Source: Podarcis melisellensis (taxonomy: Eukaryota). Taken from it: a stretch of DNA of 64,000 nt. The translations under genes were made by a program, and so were the position numbers. The notes below the pieces were generated by a model. That model ran no database searches, had not been told where the DNA came from, and saw only the letters and a program-made list of their open reading frames with translations. Shown here in pieces: positions 25,301-38,074 of this stretch (within the stretch, counting starts at the first letter, position 1; each line of letters starts with the position of its first letter). The stretch lies in assembly GCA_964234715.1 (NCBI GenBank), contig OZ174283.1; one strand, 5' to 3'.

Positions 25301-26909
25301 GCGGTTGATACAAATGCGAAAGAGGCATTTTTAACAAGTAATGAAAGCAATTATATGCCACAGGAGAGCATTAATATACTAAGATCCAGCTGCAGCCTGC
25401 AGCATTAATATTAGCGGATGGTTTGTTAACCTCAATCTCTCCCCACCAAGGTTTAATAAGAGAAGTAAATAAACTGTAATGCTCTACTACTACCCAGTCT
25501 TGGTTGTTACAAATCATACAATTGCTTTACCTGTTGCTCTTGAAATAGGCATGCTACTTGGAAAATAGTTGTCTGAAAAGAAAGCACCAGGTCTGGGAAG
25601 TTGATAGGAAAATTTATATTTCTGTAGTGATTTAGTTTAAAGCCAGGTTTCACGTTAATATTTCTGTCAGCAGAGACTTGATCTTTAATATGAGCCTGCA
25701 GAGACCATCACACAAAAGGCTTGACATTCTTTCGCTAATCCCACCATTCCATTAGACCTAAATGTTTCGCTAATCCTGCATCAGAAATCTGCCATCCTAC
25801 ACATGAATAGGTTACCAGATTTTAGATTTATTGGAAAGTGGAAAAAAAACCGCTGCCTGCATCCCTTATATAATGAGGGAACAGACATTGTGTATTTAAC
25901 AGTACTGTATGGAGTTTTAGAGGAGCCAAGAAAAGCGAGCAAAGTGACGCTCCCATCAACAGAGGCAGTTGCAATATGGACAGCGTACACTATGTGCTTT
26001 ATTTAAAAAAATGTGTGAAGCTAATTCAAAGCCTTCTCCAAGAAGTTTTAATCTGCCACTTATACAAATTTGCATACATATGCTTATTTTGGATGCTTTA
26101 TTGATAGGAATGAGGATATCTGCCTCTTTCTCATTTTTCCCGTCAGTTTGCCCATTTTTGCATCAGGTCACCTTCACTATGCTCTGCTTGCATATTGGCA
26201 AATAAGGCAACTTTTCTCAGTGCTGTTTCATCCAAAGGCAAGGGGTGGAACCATGCTTTGTTTGCAGGAAGCTTAAGATGCAGCCCATGCAACTGCCACT
26301 GAACTGCAGACTTTTTGTTCAGCACCTTTGTCATTTGTTTTAAAACATCATTGAGACAAAACTGGTGCACACAGGATAGTAATTTTGTTCTGTAGTTTGC
26401 TATGTTTTTTAATTTAAACATTTAGACCATCTTTCCAAAGTAATCAGAGGGTTACCTAGCCCACCCTATTTTATTCCCACAATAGCCTTGTGTGCTAGGT
26501 TAGACTGAAAGCTAGTATGGTCACCCAGTAAGCTTTGTAGCTGAATGGGAGTTTGAACTAGGGCCAGCTTGGTCTAAAAGCCATCAAATATCACCAACCT
26601 ATATTTTGGTGAGAAAAGAGGCTGGCAAAGTTTCATAGATGCTTAATAGAGAACAACAGTCAGTGTAGTTTATAACATTTTAACTATGTGCTGAATAGCC
26701 TTTTCCTATTTTCTCTTTTAAAAGTTCAGATAATACATTGAGCTGATTTTTGCAAAACATTGGACTGCGGTTCTGTTTTGCAGTGCCTGGGATGCTGATA
26801 TTTGCTGTGATTTTGGATTACACCCAGGCCAGGAATTGATGCCTAACAGTTTTCTTTCTTGATCACAACTTTGATAAACACTTTATGCTAATTTATGCAA
26901 ACCACTTAA

Positions 26910-26912
<3 letters not shown>

Positions 26913-26956
<44 letters not shown>
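26913..26956. repeat. (AT)n microsatellite, left flank of Penelope-like copy 1
   Basis: Direct observation; matching (AT)n at 28044-28075. Confidence 0.98.
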
Positions 26957-26959
<3 letters not shown>

Positions 26960-27003
26960 GGTTTTGGTGTCCTCGGGTGTCTTCCCGTGTAAAAGTTGGG
27001 GTG

Positions 27004-27048
27004 TCTAGGCGACGTTTCGACGAGGTCTCACTCGTCATCTTCAGGCTG
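27004..27048 (-). ncRNA. Minimal type I hammerhead ribozyme motif (copy 1, inverted arm)
   Basis: Minus strand reads CUGAAGA-U-GACGAG-ugagac-CUCGUC-GAAA-C-GUC. Confidence 0.78.
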
Positions 27049-27921
27049 GTGCTTTCGGCTTCTTGTTACTGGAACAGAGCAGGATCTCAGTGTTTGAGTT
27101 CCTATAAATACTGTTGAGGGGGTGTGGTGTATAGCCTCCAATGTTCTGGGCAGAGAGGAAGTTCCCAGGCTAGTGTGCCTTTTCTTCTTTTGTTCCTTAA
27201 TTACTTGAGGGATATCCTGAGTGATTTCTTGAGTGATATCCTGAGTACCACTTAGGTGGGTCATTAGGTGTGGATTAGTTGCTAAAGTCTTTGTGTCTTG
27301 ACCTCTTGAACTTTGTGAAGAGTTTTTCTGAGAAGATGGCTGTACTGCACTTAGTTGTGCTCTGGCTTGGCTTCGTGTATAGGGGCGAGCTGTGGTTTTG
27401 TGGCTTGTGTCAGCCAGATCTGTGTAGGGATTGCAGGGGGGTGCAGCATCCGGAGGTGCCTCCATGGTTTGGCTACTGGATGGTATCTGTAATTTATCTG
27501 TGGAGAGGGTCTGGGTTTGGGTGCTGCACCCCCCTGCAATCCCTACACAGATCTGGCTGACACAAGCCACAAAACCACAGCTCGCCCCTATACACGAAGC
27601 CAAGCCAGAGCACAACTAAGTGCAGTACAGCCATCTTCTCAGAAAAACTCTTCACAAAGTTCAAGAGGTCAAGACACAAAGACTTTAGCAACTAATCCAC
27701 ACCTAATGACCCACCTAAGTGGTACTCAGGATATCACTCAAGAAATCACTCAGGATATCCCTCAAGTAATTAAGGAACAAAAGAAGAAAAGGCACACTAG
27801 CCTGGGAACTTCCTCTCTGCCCAGAACATTGGAGGCTATACACCACACCCCCTCAACAGTATTTATAGGAACTCAAACACTGAGATCCTGCTCTGTTCCA
27901 GTAACAAGAAGCCGAAAGCAC

Positions 27922-27966
27922 CAGCCTGAAGATGACGAGTGAGACCTCGTCGAAACGTCGCCTAGA
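27922..27966 (+). ncRNA. Minimal type I hammerhead ribozyme motif (copy 1, direct arm)
   Basis: CTGAAGA at 27926-27932, 6-bp stem II, GAAAC at 27952-27956, GTC triplet at 27957-27959. Confidence 0.78.
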
Positions 27967-28041
27967 CACCCCAACTTTTACACGGGAAGACACCCGAGGA
28001 CACCAAAACCTGCATTCCTGTACCCGTGAAAATCTACGAAA

Positions 28042-28078
<37 letters not shown>

Positions 28079-28184
28079 GTGGCCTGCACGTTTTGCGAAA
28101 TAAAATAACAGGGGGATATCAGACTTTAAAAACAAGAATTTCTGACAGTACATTAGCAAGTTGCTGGAATCAATTTATGTTGTT

Positions 28185-28262
28185 TCCTGCTTGGCAGGGG
28201 GTTGGACTCGATGGCCCTTGTGGTCTCTTCCAACTCTATGATTCTATGATTCTATATGATTC
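28185..28262 (+). mobile_element. CR1 LINE 3' end fragment
   Basis: GCAGGGGGTTGGACTCGATGGCCCTTGTGGTCTCTTCCAACTCT followed by an (ATGATTCT)n tail. Confidence 0.85.
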
Positions 28263-29032
28263 AATATTTGTTAATGAGCTGGTGGCGCTTTAATGAGCAT
28301 TCCACTGAAAAGGACCTTTGATTCCAGAATAAGATCTCAGTTGCATTGAAATAATTGGTATAGCAATGAATTATAGCAAGTGTTGTGAGAGAATGTAATG
28401 AAGTCTCTATTCTCTTGGATTTTTCTTGTGCATTATAGTGCACAGAAGATTGTCTGACCATTGCAGGAGAAACTGCACTTGCTTGAAACTTTTTTTCACA
28501 GCTATTTAAACTCACAACTGTCCTGTGTCCAGTGCAGGACTTGGCAACCATAACACCAGTACTAACATTTTGTGTGCATTATCCCTGATGTTATACTAGC
28601 AGATGTAATCAACACCTGTTCAGTGCACACAGCTACATCTACCAGGCATACAGCATTCCCACTTAACTGAGGCCACTCCCTCTGCTTTCACATAGCAATC
28701 CAGCTTGGCCTGCCTTTGAGGGCTTAGTGCCAAACTGGCAAGGTACATGATTAAAAATACTATTATTTCATTTCAATAAATTTCTAATGCTCCGTTACCT
28801 ACTGAAGCCTTTGGTTAAATTATAAATGTAAAGAAATAAAGAGATGGCTTATTGATGCACATTGTTCATGATGCACAAGATCTGGAACAGAACATAGGTC
28901 TCGTGCATGGTTGACGTGCATAAAGTTTGATCACCCACAGTGAAGAATTAGGATCAGTATTTATAGTAACAGAGCTCATTGTTTCTTTAAATCTTGATTT
29001 TTCTATATGAATTTGAACTTTATCTTCTAGAG

Positions 29033-29136
29033 CAGGCATAGCTAACCTGTGGTTCTCCAGCCATTGCTATGCTGGCTCTGATTGATGGGTGTTGCAGTCC
29101 AACAAAATCTGGAGGACCAAAGCTATAAAAACCCTG
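29033..29136. mobile_element. Short hAT MITE (CTCCAG...CTGGAG palindromic family)
   Basis: CAGG...CCTG termini; 8-bp TSD TTCTAGAG / TTCTAGAA. Confidence 0.65.
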
Positions 29137-29350
29137 TTCTAGAAAGAGAATGCTGCTTTGCAATTAAATTATTCATTTTTCAGAGCCACCTTTAATCCCT
29201 TGGAGAAATTCTTGGAAAACAGCATAAGCAGTAGCAGAAGGCATTGACACACAGTACAAAAGAACCATGACTAAATCTTCAGACTCATATGAGTGCGGTA
29301 CAAGCCTATGCATATTTACTCACAAGTAAACTTCGCTCTCTTCAGTGGAG

Positions 29351-29435
29351 CTTAATCCAAAGCAAGTATGCATAGGATTACAGCCTTTTATCTTAATCCA
29401 AAGCAAGTACGCATAGGATTACAGCATTTTATCTT
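29351..29435. repeat. Tandem duplication, about 41-nt period
   Basis: CTTAATCCAAAGCAAGTAYGCATAGGATTACAGCMTTTTAT occurs twice. Confidence 0.85.
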
Positions 29436-30188
29436 CTGAGAGATAAGTCCTGTTGAGTTTAATGGGGCTTACTCCCGGGTAACTGGCTATATGATTTCAC
29501 TCTGAATCCTTTTAGCCAGGCATTATAGGTGGCTGGCAATTTACAAGTCTGAACCATTGACAGATGTCCTATAAAAAATCAGTGGTCTTGAAAAGATCTA
29601 AAGGTCATAAAATCAAATCCTTATAAAAACACTTATCTGTACAGACCTAGGGTGCACTTTTGCTCTCTAAATCCACCCAGTCAATAACCATGTCCAGCAT
29701 AAGAAAATCAACAATGCACATTAAAGGGATGGGCCAGATCTGATTTGTGGTGTGGTATATTTAGTTGTCTGATGGTTGCATAAGCACAGCTGAGGGTGGC
29801 AGCAGTCCAAGTCTGTTGTTTGGCAAATGGGAGTGCATTAACCTTTTCCTTTCCATCTTGCTTGTCAGCAGGGAGATCTGACTTGGGCTGGGGTTATTGT
29901 TCTATATTGTTATGCATTTTGTGCTTTTATGTTGTAAACTGCCCAGTGATCTTCAGAAGGAGGACAGTGTATAAATTTAATAAGGCATTTCTAAGAGAAC
30001 TGAAAGTGGCTTGAGAGAGGCAATGCTTTCCACTGTGTCCACACCTGTTTCTTCCATCCTGTGATCAAACAGGTTTTACAAGTTGGGGGGCCAGACTGGC
30101 AACCTGGACACGCTCTTAACCTGTAGAGTTGCCAGGGCAGCTGGCGGGGTTCTGAACCTAATGGTCTTACAGTCTCCCCACCACAATA

Positions 30189-30366
30189 TAGGACACAGGA
30201 AGCTGCCTCCTACGGAGTCTGACCATTGGCCGATCTAGCTCAGTTTCTGTGACTCTCCAGGGTTTCAGACAGTGGGCATTCCCAGTCCTACCTGGAGATG
30301 TCAGGGATTGAACCCAGGACCTTCTGCATGCAAGGGAGAGGCTGTGCCACTGTACTATGGCTTTTC
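30189..30366 (-). mobile_element. Older tRNA-derived SINE
   Basis: GGGATTGAACCCAGGACCTTCTGCATGCAA is the reverse complement of a tRNA-like head with a B box; related copies near 1300-1460 and 53555-53740. Confidence 0.6.
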
Positions 30367-30367
30367 C

Positions 30368-30698
30368 ACCACAGAGCCTAGGACTTGCCGATCGGAAGGT
30401 CGGCGGTTTGAATCCCTGCGACGGGGTGAGCTCCCGTTGCTCGGTCCCTGCTCCTGCCCACCTAGCAGTTCAAAAGCACGTCAAAGTGCGAGTATATAAA
30501 TAGGTACCGCTCCGGTGGGAAGGTAAACGGCATTTCTGTGCACTGCTCTGGTTCACCAGAAGCGGATTAGTCATGCTGGCCACATGACCTGGAAGCTGTA
30601 CGCCGCTCCCTTGGCCAGTAAAGTGAGATGAGTGCCGCAACCCCAGAGTTGGTCATGACTGGTCCTAATGGTCAGGGGTCCCTTTACCTTTACCTTTA
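30368..30698 (+). mobile_element. Sauria SINE (Squam1), slightly 5'-truncated
   Basis: Homologous to 47313-47666 and 55481-55830; (ACCTTT)n tail. Confidence 0.92.
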
Positions 30699-33171
30699 AT
30701 AGTTCCCACCTCCTATGTGTCATCCACTTAATATACTCCTATGTTGTTCTTAGGCGAACAAACAAGGCAGAGTAAGTGGAAGAGCTGTCAGTCTTTCAGT
30801 GTCATGGGCACCCCATCCTCACATCAAAGTCCAGAATGTTTTGGGGAAGGACTGCAGGTCACTGGTGTCTCCAGACAGGGTTGGAGGAAGTTTTTGCCTG
30901 AAACCCTGGGAGACTGTGCCAGACCGAGTAGACAGTGCTGAGCTGGACATTGTACCACCTTTTGCATTATGAAGTTTGCATTGGAGCTTCATAACAACAG
31001 AAAGAAAAGAAGCCAGGACCATCTGTTTGAAACCGGAGGCCTGTTTGGAATAAATTAGAGGCTCTATTTCCACTTAATAATGCGTAGTGTCTGTGACACC
31101 TATTGATCTATTCACATCCCATTCAAAGGACATTGATAGATTCAGGCCCTTTATTATTCATGCCAATTCTCTTCTTACATTACAGAACTAGTTTAAAGCC
31201 CTTATGAGTAAGTTTTGAACTTGGGCAATTTGGGATTAGTTAATTCAGATTAATTCATCATTTTGCATGATCCACCCCCTTCCAGCTTAAGAACATTTAA
31301 AGAGTTGAGCAGGACCTCTAGGTTGACAATTAGCAAAGACTGAGCTATAAATACTGGTTGGCTCCAAAGGATGACAAAGCTGGGTATTTGCTGTGTCCCA
31401 AGTCCAGGAGAGAGCCACACTGCCCTAACAGTGCTGCCATTTGACTTCACAGAGATCATCAGCAGAACTTTTTTTTAAAAGGAAGAAATCACTGCTGGGA
31501 CCCCTCCAATAAATGGAATGTAGTGAAGGTGGAAAGCCCATTCCAGGAGGATTAGAAATTGCACGATCTTTAACAGACCAGAAAGAAGACCTTGAGCACT
31601 GGGAAAGAAACTGTGCCCCACACAGTAACCCCCCAATAAGAAAACTTGTGCTGAATCCTACCTTCCTAGTGTCAGTTTTTCTTGGGTAGCAATTGACACT
31701 GATCCAACCCAACGCAAGCACAGGCCCCAAGCACAAAGGCCAATGATCACCAACCTGTGTCATATGTTCAATCATATCACTCAAAATCCAAGTGGTTTTG
31801 TGAAGCCTAAAAAACCATGTTGACTCATCTTTAATGCATCCTGTTTCTCCATGTATTTAGAGTGTTCTGTTCTTAGCCATAATGCTTTCATTTGACTCAC
31901 ATTGCAGGAAGATAATCTGAAAAGGATCAGATTCATCCGAGAAATGCAGGGTCTTTTAAATGTTATTCTTTCTCCCGTAAATGACGTACAAAATGCACAA
32001 GGTCATGAATATTTGACGTGCAGAACTTCCTATGAGAGATTCAATAATATTGGCAACATCTTGGCATTTTGCCTGCTGTTCTTAGACATTACTGTAAGAA
32101 CCACCAAGTTGTAGAACCAATTTCTAGAGGCTTTAAAAATATTGGTAAAAAATTACATTAGTTACCTTTCTCTTTTTTGGTGCAGAGCATCACAGCGAGC
32201 CATGCAGCAATTTCATACTAAAGTGCTTTTGGATTAATGCTGCCAAGTCTCATTGACATTTCACTTTTATCAATTTGCTTTAAATATCTTCTATGGAAAA
32301 CTCATTGTGTACATCCCTCCAGATTTTGACAGGAGAATCTCTCCTCTGGAGGGAAATCATTTAGCATCCCTGTTTTAGTCTGTCATCTGCAGTGTTAGAT
32401 GGTGGGACGAGGAGATATGGTGTTTTCTCTGGTACCACCACAGTTATGGGATTCCCTTTCAAAAGAGGTGAAACTAGCCCCATAAGGGCTGGCACCAGAC
32501 TTCAGGAGGCCCTGGGTACAGGGCCACCAATGGGTGCCACCATCTACACAGCAAATCAGACCACAATTTCTCCCTGCCAATGCCACATTCCCACCTTCCT
32601 TGCCAGGCCCCATGAGTAGCATTTTAGCATTGGGCATACAGCTTGGTTCCCATCAGTAGTGGTCACCTGCCCACCCAAGTACTATGCTTTCCTCCTGCCG
32701 CTGCTGCCACAATGATGATGGCAGCAGCAACACTGCGTATCCTTGCCAAGCCTCTCAGCAGCAGCTTTGTATTAGGCAGAAAGTGGTGCTACTTTTGAGC
32801 AGGTTCTCCTTTTGAGGTTCTCCTTTGGAGTGGGTCCCCATCTGCAATGGTTCCCTGCCATTTCGATGGATCAAAAAAACGGTATAAATATATATATTTG
32901 TAAATAAAAATACTTATCTTACAACAATGCTTTCCTGGCATCACCTCCGCTTTTAGCAGGTCTCCTTTTTAACATTGCTTCCAATTAGAGCGAGAATCTT
33001 CTGTTGCACTTAGAGAATGTAGCTATTAAGTACATGACATATGCAGTCTTTGTTGGGGGGAAGGGGGTAAAAGAAAGGAGTGATATAGTGCCACTTAAAT
33101 CATATTACCAGCTATACCTTGGGGGAGGGAATGGCTTTAGAAGTCATTTGTTTCTTCCCCCTGAGAATGGT

Positions 33172-33474
33172 TGTTGTTATTTAGTCGTTTAGTCATGTCC
33201 GACTCTTTGTGACCCCATGGACCAGAGCACGACAGGCACTCCTGTCTTCCACTGCCTCCCGCAGTTTGGTCAAACTCATGCTGGTAGCTTTGAGAACACT
33301 ATCCAACCATCTCGTCCTCTGTCGTCTCCTTCTGCCCTCAATCTTTCCCAACATCAGGGTCTTTTCCAGGGAGTCTTCTCTTCTCATGAGGTGGCCAAAG
33401 TACTGGAGCCTCAGCTGCACGAGCTGTCCTTCCAGTGAGCACTCAGGGCTGATTTCCTTCAGAATGGATAAGTT
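33172..33474 (-). mobile_element. RTE/BovB LINE, 5'-truncated 3' end
   Basis: Minus-strand ORF ILKEISPECSLEGQ...LQYFGHLMRREDSLEKTLMLGKIEGRRRRQRTRWLD...VHGVTKSRT; (CAA)n tail; 10-bp TSD TGAGAATGGT at 33162-33171 and 33475-33484. Confidence 0.93.
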
Positions 33475-34392
33475 TGAGAATGGTAAAGAGTGGTAAATAC
33501 CATATAATTCCCACTTTTCCTGCATTGAAAAGGCAGCAGAAACAGGAGGCTTATTGAGCCATTAGAGGGTTACTGTTCATGACTGGTCAATTATATGTGA
33601 CTTGAGATGTCACAACTTTTGCAGGCAAGGTGACCTCATTCCTTGTTGGTGCCTGCTTGCTTACTTAAACTCATATTGGCCTCCCTCCCTTGCAGAGAGG
33701 AAACACAGTAAAATGAATACTGTTTAAATTGTACACACGCTATCATTTTGCCTCTGAGAAGGCGGCACATTTTTCTGTCAAGGAAGGATACAAACGCATT
33801 CTGGGTAGTCAGGTGAGCAAGAACTAAAATTCTTTGGAGCATATAGTGCCCATTGTTAAGGAGGGCAGGGTTTTGCTAGAGGACACCGCACTGGAGTATT
33901 CTGCAGCTGTCTGCTTACAAATTAACCTTTTTGACATGTTGCCTATATGAAGTCCACCATATGTTGCAATGCTAAAATGGCTCTAGAGATGTCTTAAATA
34001 CTGTTTCTCTGTATTTGAATCGTATGGCGTTTGCATCCATGAGGAACATTTTATCCCTTAACTTTGAAGACAGGGTTGAGAAATAAGTGCCCCCAGATAG
34101 ACAATTTAAGGATTTTTACAATTTTATAATATGCAGAGAATAATATGTGTTGAAAAACAGGAGAGAGGAGCTGAGGGAAGTCTCTTGGGGGAGGGAAAAA
34201 TGGGGAGGGGATGAAGATGATATGTTTTTGATAATTTATGATGTTGAAATTCTTAATAAAAACTATTTTTTTTTTTTAAAGAGAAAAATAAGTGTCCCAA
34301 TTTTGTTGGACTCCAAATCATTCCCAACCAGTATGGAGTTGTAGTTCAGCACCATCTGGAGAGACACAGGTTTCTCGTTCTTATTTTAAGAC

Positions 34393-34396
<4 letters not shown>

Positions 34397-34422
<26 letters not shown>
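34397..34422. repeat. (AC)n microsatellite
   Basis: Direct observation. Confidence 0.95.
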
Positions 34423-34423
<1 letters not shown>

Positions 34424-34761
34424 AGAAAGAGAAGTACATCTCTAGGAAAAAGCTATTCCTGCCAAAAAGCAATGTGGTTTTAGTTTATGGAAAACATCCA
34501 CGTAGAGATTGCATTGAGACCACTTGAGTTAATTTAATGCACGACTTTATCTGAATTCCATTTCCCCATTGTGAGTGGAAGCCTTTTATGTCCTTTAATG
34601 AAATAAACAAAAAGAAAATTAATGTGAAATGAAATAAAAGTGTATGGGTATCAGAACAAATTTTAGCCAAGTGAAGACACTAAAAAGAAGTGTTTAATTT
34701 TATTTTTAGCCTTGCAGTATAGTCTCATGGCAATCCAAATCTACCTTTGACCTACTCAGAT

Positions 34762-34763
<2 letters not shown>

Positions 34764-34811
<48 letters not shown>
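34764..34811. repeat. (AAT)n microsatellite, probably the tail of an adjacent minus-strand SINE/LINE fragment
   Basis: Direct observation. Confidence 0.95.
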
Positions 34812-34812
<1 letters not shown>

Positions 34813-35064
34813 TCTTTGTTTATTTATTACCCACTCTTCACCCTAAGGTCGCAAGGCGGGCTACAACATTAAAGCACAATTCGTAATATTGATCTTCTCT
34901 TTAATTAGATTGGAGGATATTAAAACAAGTGAAATTTCATAAACAGTATTCTGATAGCCTGGTTAATAATTAATATAACTGAGTAACAAGTTTACTAAGT
35001 GCCCTGTAAGCAAAATTTTAAAGCACAATACAAATAATTCATTGCCATTTTAGCTGAGGGGAAA

Positions 35065-35459
35065 TTTTTTTCACTCTGTAAGATGCACCCGACCATAAGA
35101 CACACCTAATTTTAGAGGAGGAGAATAATAAAAAAAATATTCTCTCCCTCTCTGCGCAGCGCCCCTTCAGTGAAGCTGCAGGAGAAGCGGAGCCCCTTCC
35201 ATTTCTCCTCCTGCTTCGCTGAAGGGGTGTTGCGTAGATAGGGAAAGCTGTGCAGTGCCTCTCCAGCGAAGCCAGGAGAGCAAGAGGGATCGGCAGCTAT
35301 CCCTGAAGCCAGGAGAGCAAGAGAGGTCGGTGCGCTATGGAGGCTTCATGTTGCTTTCGCTGAAGCCATGGAGCCTGGATTTGCTCCATAAGACGCACAC
35401 ACATTTCCCCATACTTTTTAGGAGGGGGGAAAGTGCATCTTATAGAGCGAAAAATACAG
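35065..35459. mobile_element. Tc1/mariner-type MITE with eroded left terminus
   Basis: Shares ends with 45923-46288 (TTTTCRCTCTRTAA...GCACCCGACCATAA; ...TTATAGAGCGAAAAATACAG|TA). Confidence 0.75.
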
Positions 35460-36346
35460 TACATGGAAAAGTATGGGTGTCACTAAGTTCTACAAAAGAA
35501 AGCAGTCACAGCCATTTTATGGACTGAGGATATGCAGAATTTTTTTTGACCTGAGTGTATGTTTCCAGTGTTGTATAGCAGAGTTTAAGGGTGTTTTTCG
35601 TTTTTCTTATTTTTTCTTCAAGATGTTTCTTACATGATGTGTGCCTCTAGTATATCTCAGTCACTGATACATGTGCTAAAATCTGATGCCATTGGCCAGG
35701 GGTAAGCAACCTGAGGCCATGCAGCAGCTTGCAGCCATTGGCCCTATTATTTATTTAACTATATACTGCTTGATTGTTATAATCCCTCAAAGGAGTTTCA
35801 AACTCAATTTCATGTACAGGGCGAGGAAGGAAAAATGGGATGGAGGGCATGTCAGAAAAAGCAAAATAGCAGTGCCAGAAAGAGAGTGAAAAGAAGGTGA
35901 GCACACCAGTCTTTGGCTCCACCTATTTTTGGTTCTGGCCTGCTCACTGTCAGTTCCAACCCCACACTAGCATGTGGCCTCTGATAGACTAACCCCACGG
36001 GAATGTGGCCCTCAAAGGAAAAAGCATTGTTTACTCCTAGGGATGTAAGTAGGGATCAATTTCCATTCCAACCTACGTTTGTTGCATGCACCACTGTTTC
36101 CATTCCACTGCAGTTCTTCTTCTGAGAAAAGCTATGTTACTCATCTCTTGCACTGCTGTGGCATAATTATACATAATTAATTATGCAGTTGATCATGTAA
36201 TTAAATACATTATTCCACACCAATTATCTCAATGCAAAGACCACAATTTCAGTTCAAAGGAAACATGATTCAAATGGGAGTGGGGGTAACATCGTCAATT
36301 AATGAAGACAACAATATTGATTGTACTTGCTGGATTTATTCCTACA

Positions 36347-36546
36347 CAGTGGTACCTTGGTTTACAAACATAATCCGTTCCGGAGGTCCGTTTGTAAACC
36401 AAAACAGGTTGTAACTCAAGGTGCGCTTTCACCAATGGGGCCTCAAAATTTTTTTGTTTGTAATCCAAAAAAATGGGTTGTAATTCAAAAAAAGGTTTGC
36501 AGTCTTGCAATCCTAAGCAAGGCATATGCAAACCAAGGTACAACTG
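36347..36546. mobile_element. Tc1/mariner (Tigger-like) MITE
   Basis: CAGTGGTACCTTGGTTTACA ... TGCAAACCAAGGTACAACTG|TA. Confidence 0.85.
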
Positions 36547-37554
36547 TACTGGACATGGGATGTATAAGCAAAAACACTGACAGTTTCCACACCTGTTTCC
36601 ATTGAAATTCTTCAACAACCCAACTCACCCCTACCTACCATAGACTGTGGTGTTGCATGTGTCACATAGGGTTGCAAGACTGCAAACCAGCTCATAAGTA
36701 CTATACTTAAAAAACCCAGCTTCTCATCTCCACAGAAGTGTGTTCTGCCCCCTTTCCTTTGGCACTACCAATCAGTAATCAAGGAGAAACTGACGAAATG
36801 TCAGTCTGGTTCCTCTTTGAATCCCAGGACTCTAAAGAAGGATCCAGGATCCTGCATAGGTGTAGAAAGCTATTAGTGTCCATGCACACCATTGGATCCC
36901 CACTGAATTGACTGAGAGTTTCTTCAGAAGAAGCACACATCGTAGTTTCAGGCTACTGGATGCAGAATGAAAGGAAAGATAGATGTACATTTATTTTTCA
37001 TCCAACCTGATGCTTGGTTAAAGGAAGCCAAAACGATTACCAGGAGTGCATTATGATAGGCCCTTCCAATGCTTTATGCTTTTTGTCTTTTGTTGATTAA
37101 TGGTACCATTTGGTCAATTAAAAACTGTAGGCACAGTTTAGATACATGTGTGTGGTTTTCTTGCTCAGCATTAAGCTCTTGGAAAACCTGTGACAGCTCC
37201 CTAGAAATTTGATGCTGTTGATTGTAATGAATGCACACAATTTTCTTTGGGCTTCTGAATCTTGCCTGAACATGACCTCTCCTGTGTCTAATTATATACT
37301 CAAAGCCATCTGGTGAAGGTAGGATTAACATTCTTTCCTTTAACCAGACAGAATATCTTTTGACACCTGGGGTGCTTTCCATGTGATAACCTGTCCACGT
37401 GTCTGTCTCTGTTGATTTCTTGCACCAGTGCTTCCTAAGCACGAAAAACAACAGATGCCTCCTGAATATATTCACAATGCCTGGTTGTGGTAAAGGTGAG
37501 GTTGAAGGCCAATAAACTGAAGTTCGACGTAAACAAGATGAAGGTACTGTTACT

Positions 37555-37790
37555 TAGGGTTGCCATATTCCTCAAAGTGAAAATCTAGACAAAGCTGAGG
37601 TTGTTGAGCTTTTTTGGGGGAATATCTCCCACCAAAATCTAAGTTTTGGGCCATTATTGAATTTTTAAAAGATTGCCATACGTCCAGGTTTTTTCGGACA
37701 TTTTTTCCGATTGGCCGAAAATCCGCCTGGATGCCAGTTTCCTGCCCAATTCCCAGACATGTCCAGGAAAACCCAGACGTATGGCAGTGG
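37555..37790. mobile_element. hAT-like MITE remnant(s)
   Basis: TAGGGTTGCCATA start; internal TTGCCATACGTCCAGG ... CCAGACGTATGGCA inverted pair. Confidence 0.5.
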
Positions 37791-38074
37791 GTGGTTCATC
37801 TGCTCAGGTGAGTAGAATTCAACCTGTTCTAGAGGGGACTGTACTCCCACTGCAGCAGCCTCTCTCAGCCTGGTGTCTTCCAGTTATTTTGGACGACGCT
37901 CCCAGCAGAACCAGCTAGCATAGCTAATGGTCAGGGATTATGGAGCGTACCAGGTAGGGAAAGTTGCCCTAAAGGATCAGGTCACAGTGTAGCCCACTGA
38001 CCCTTCACATGCCCCTCATTGACGCTTTTCTAGCCCTGAACAACTTTTGCCAGCTTAGCCTAGGAAAAGTGACA

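Larger units (their letters stand above)
26955..28045. mobile_element. Penelope-like element (Poseidon-type) copy 1: two truncated 3' ends joined head to head as a palindrome
   Basis: About 99% identical to the 3' end of the RT/GIY-YIG element at 61276-63629. 26955-27448 is the reverse complement of 27522-28015. Flanked by (AT)n on both sides. Confidence 0.95.

Noticed and set aside
27028-27942. Mirror-image ORFs of 195, 141, 93 and 62 aa as novel host genes
   Set aside because: They are the Penelope-like ORF tail and its antisense frames, duplicated by the palindrome.
26895-28085. Short inverted similarity of the unique flanks of copy 1 (ACTGA / TCAGT) as part of the target site
   Set aside because: Only 5 bp and absent from the flanks of copy 2; probably chance.
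37074-37475. 133-aa minus-strand ORF in the intergenic region
   Set aside because: Non-ATG start, no recognisable domain and no convincing splice context; compatible with chance. BLASTP/PhyloCSF would settle it.
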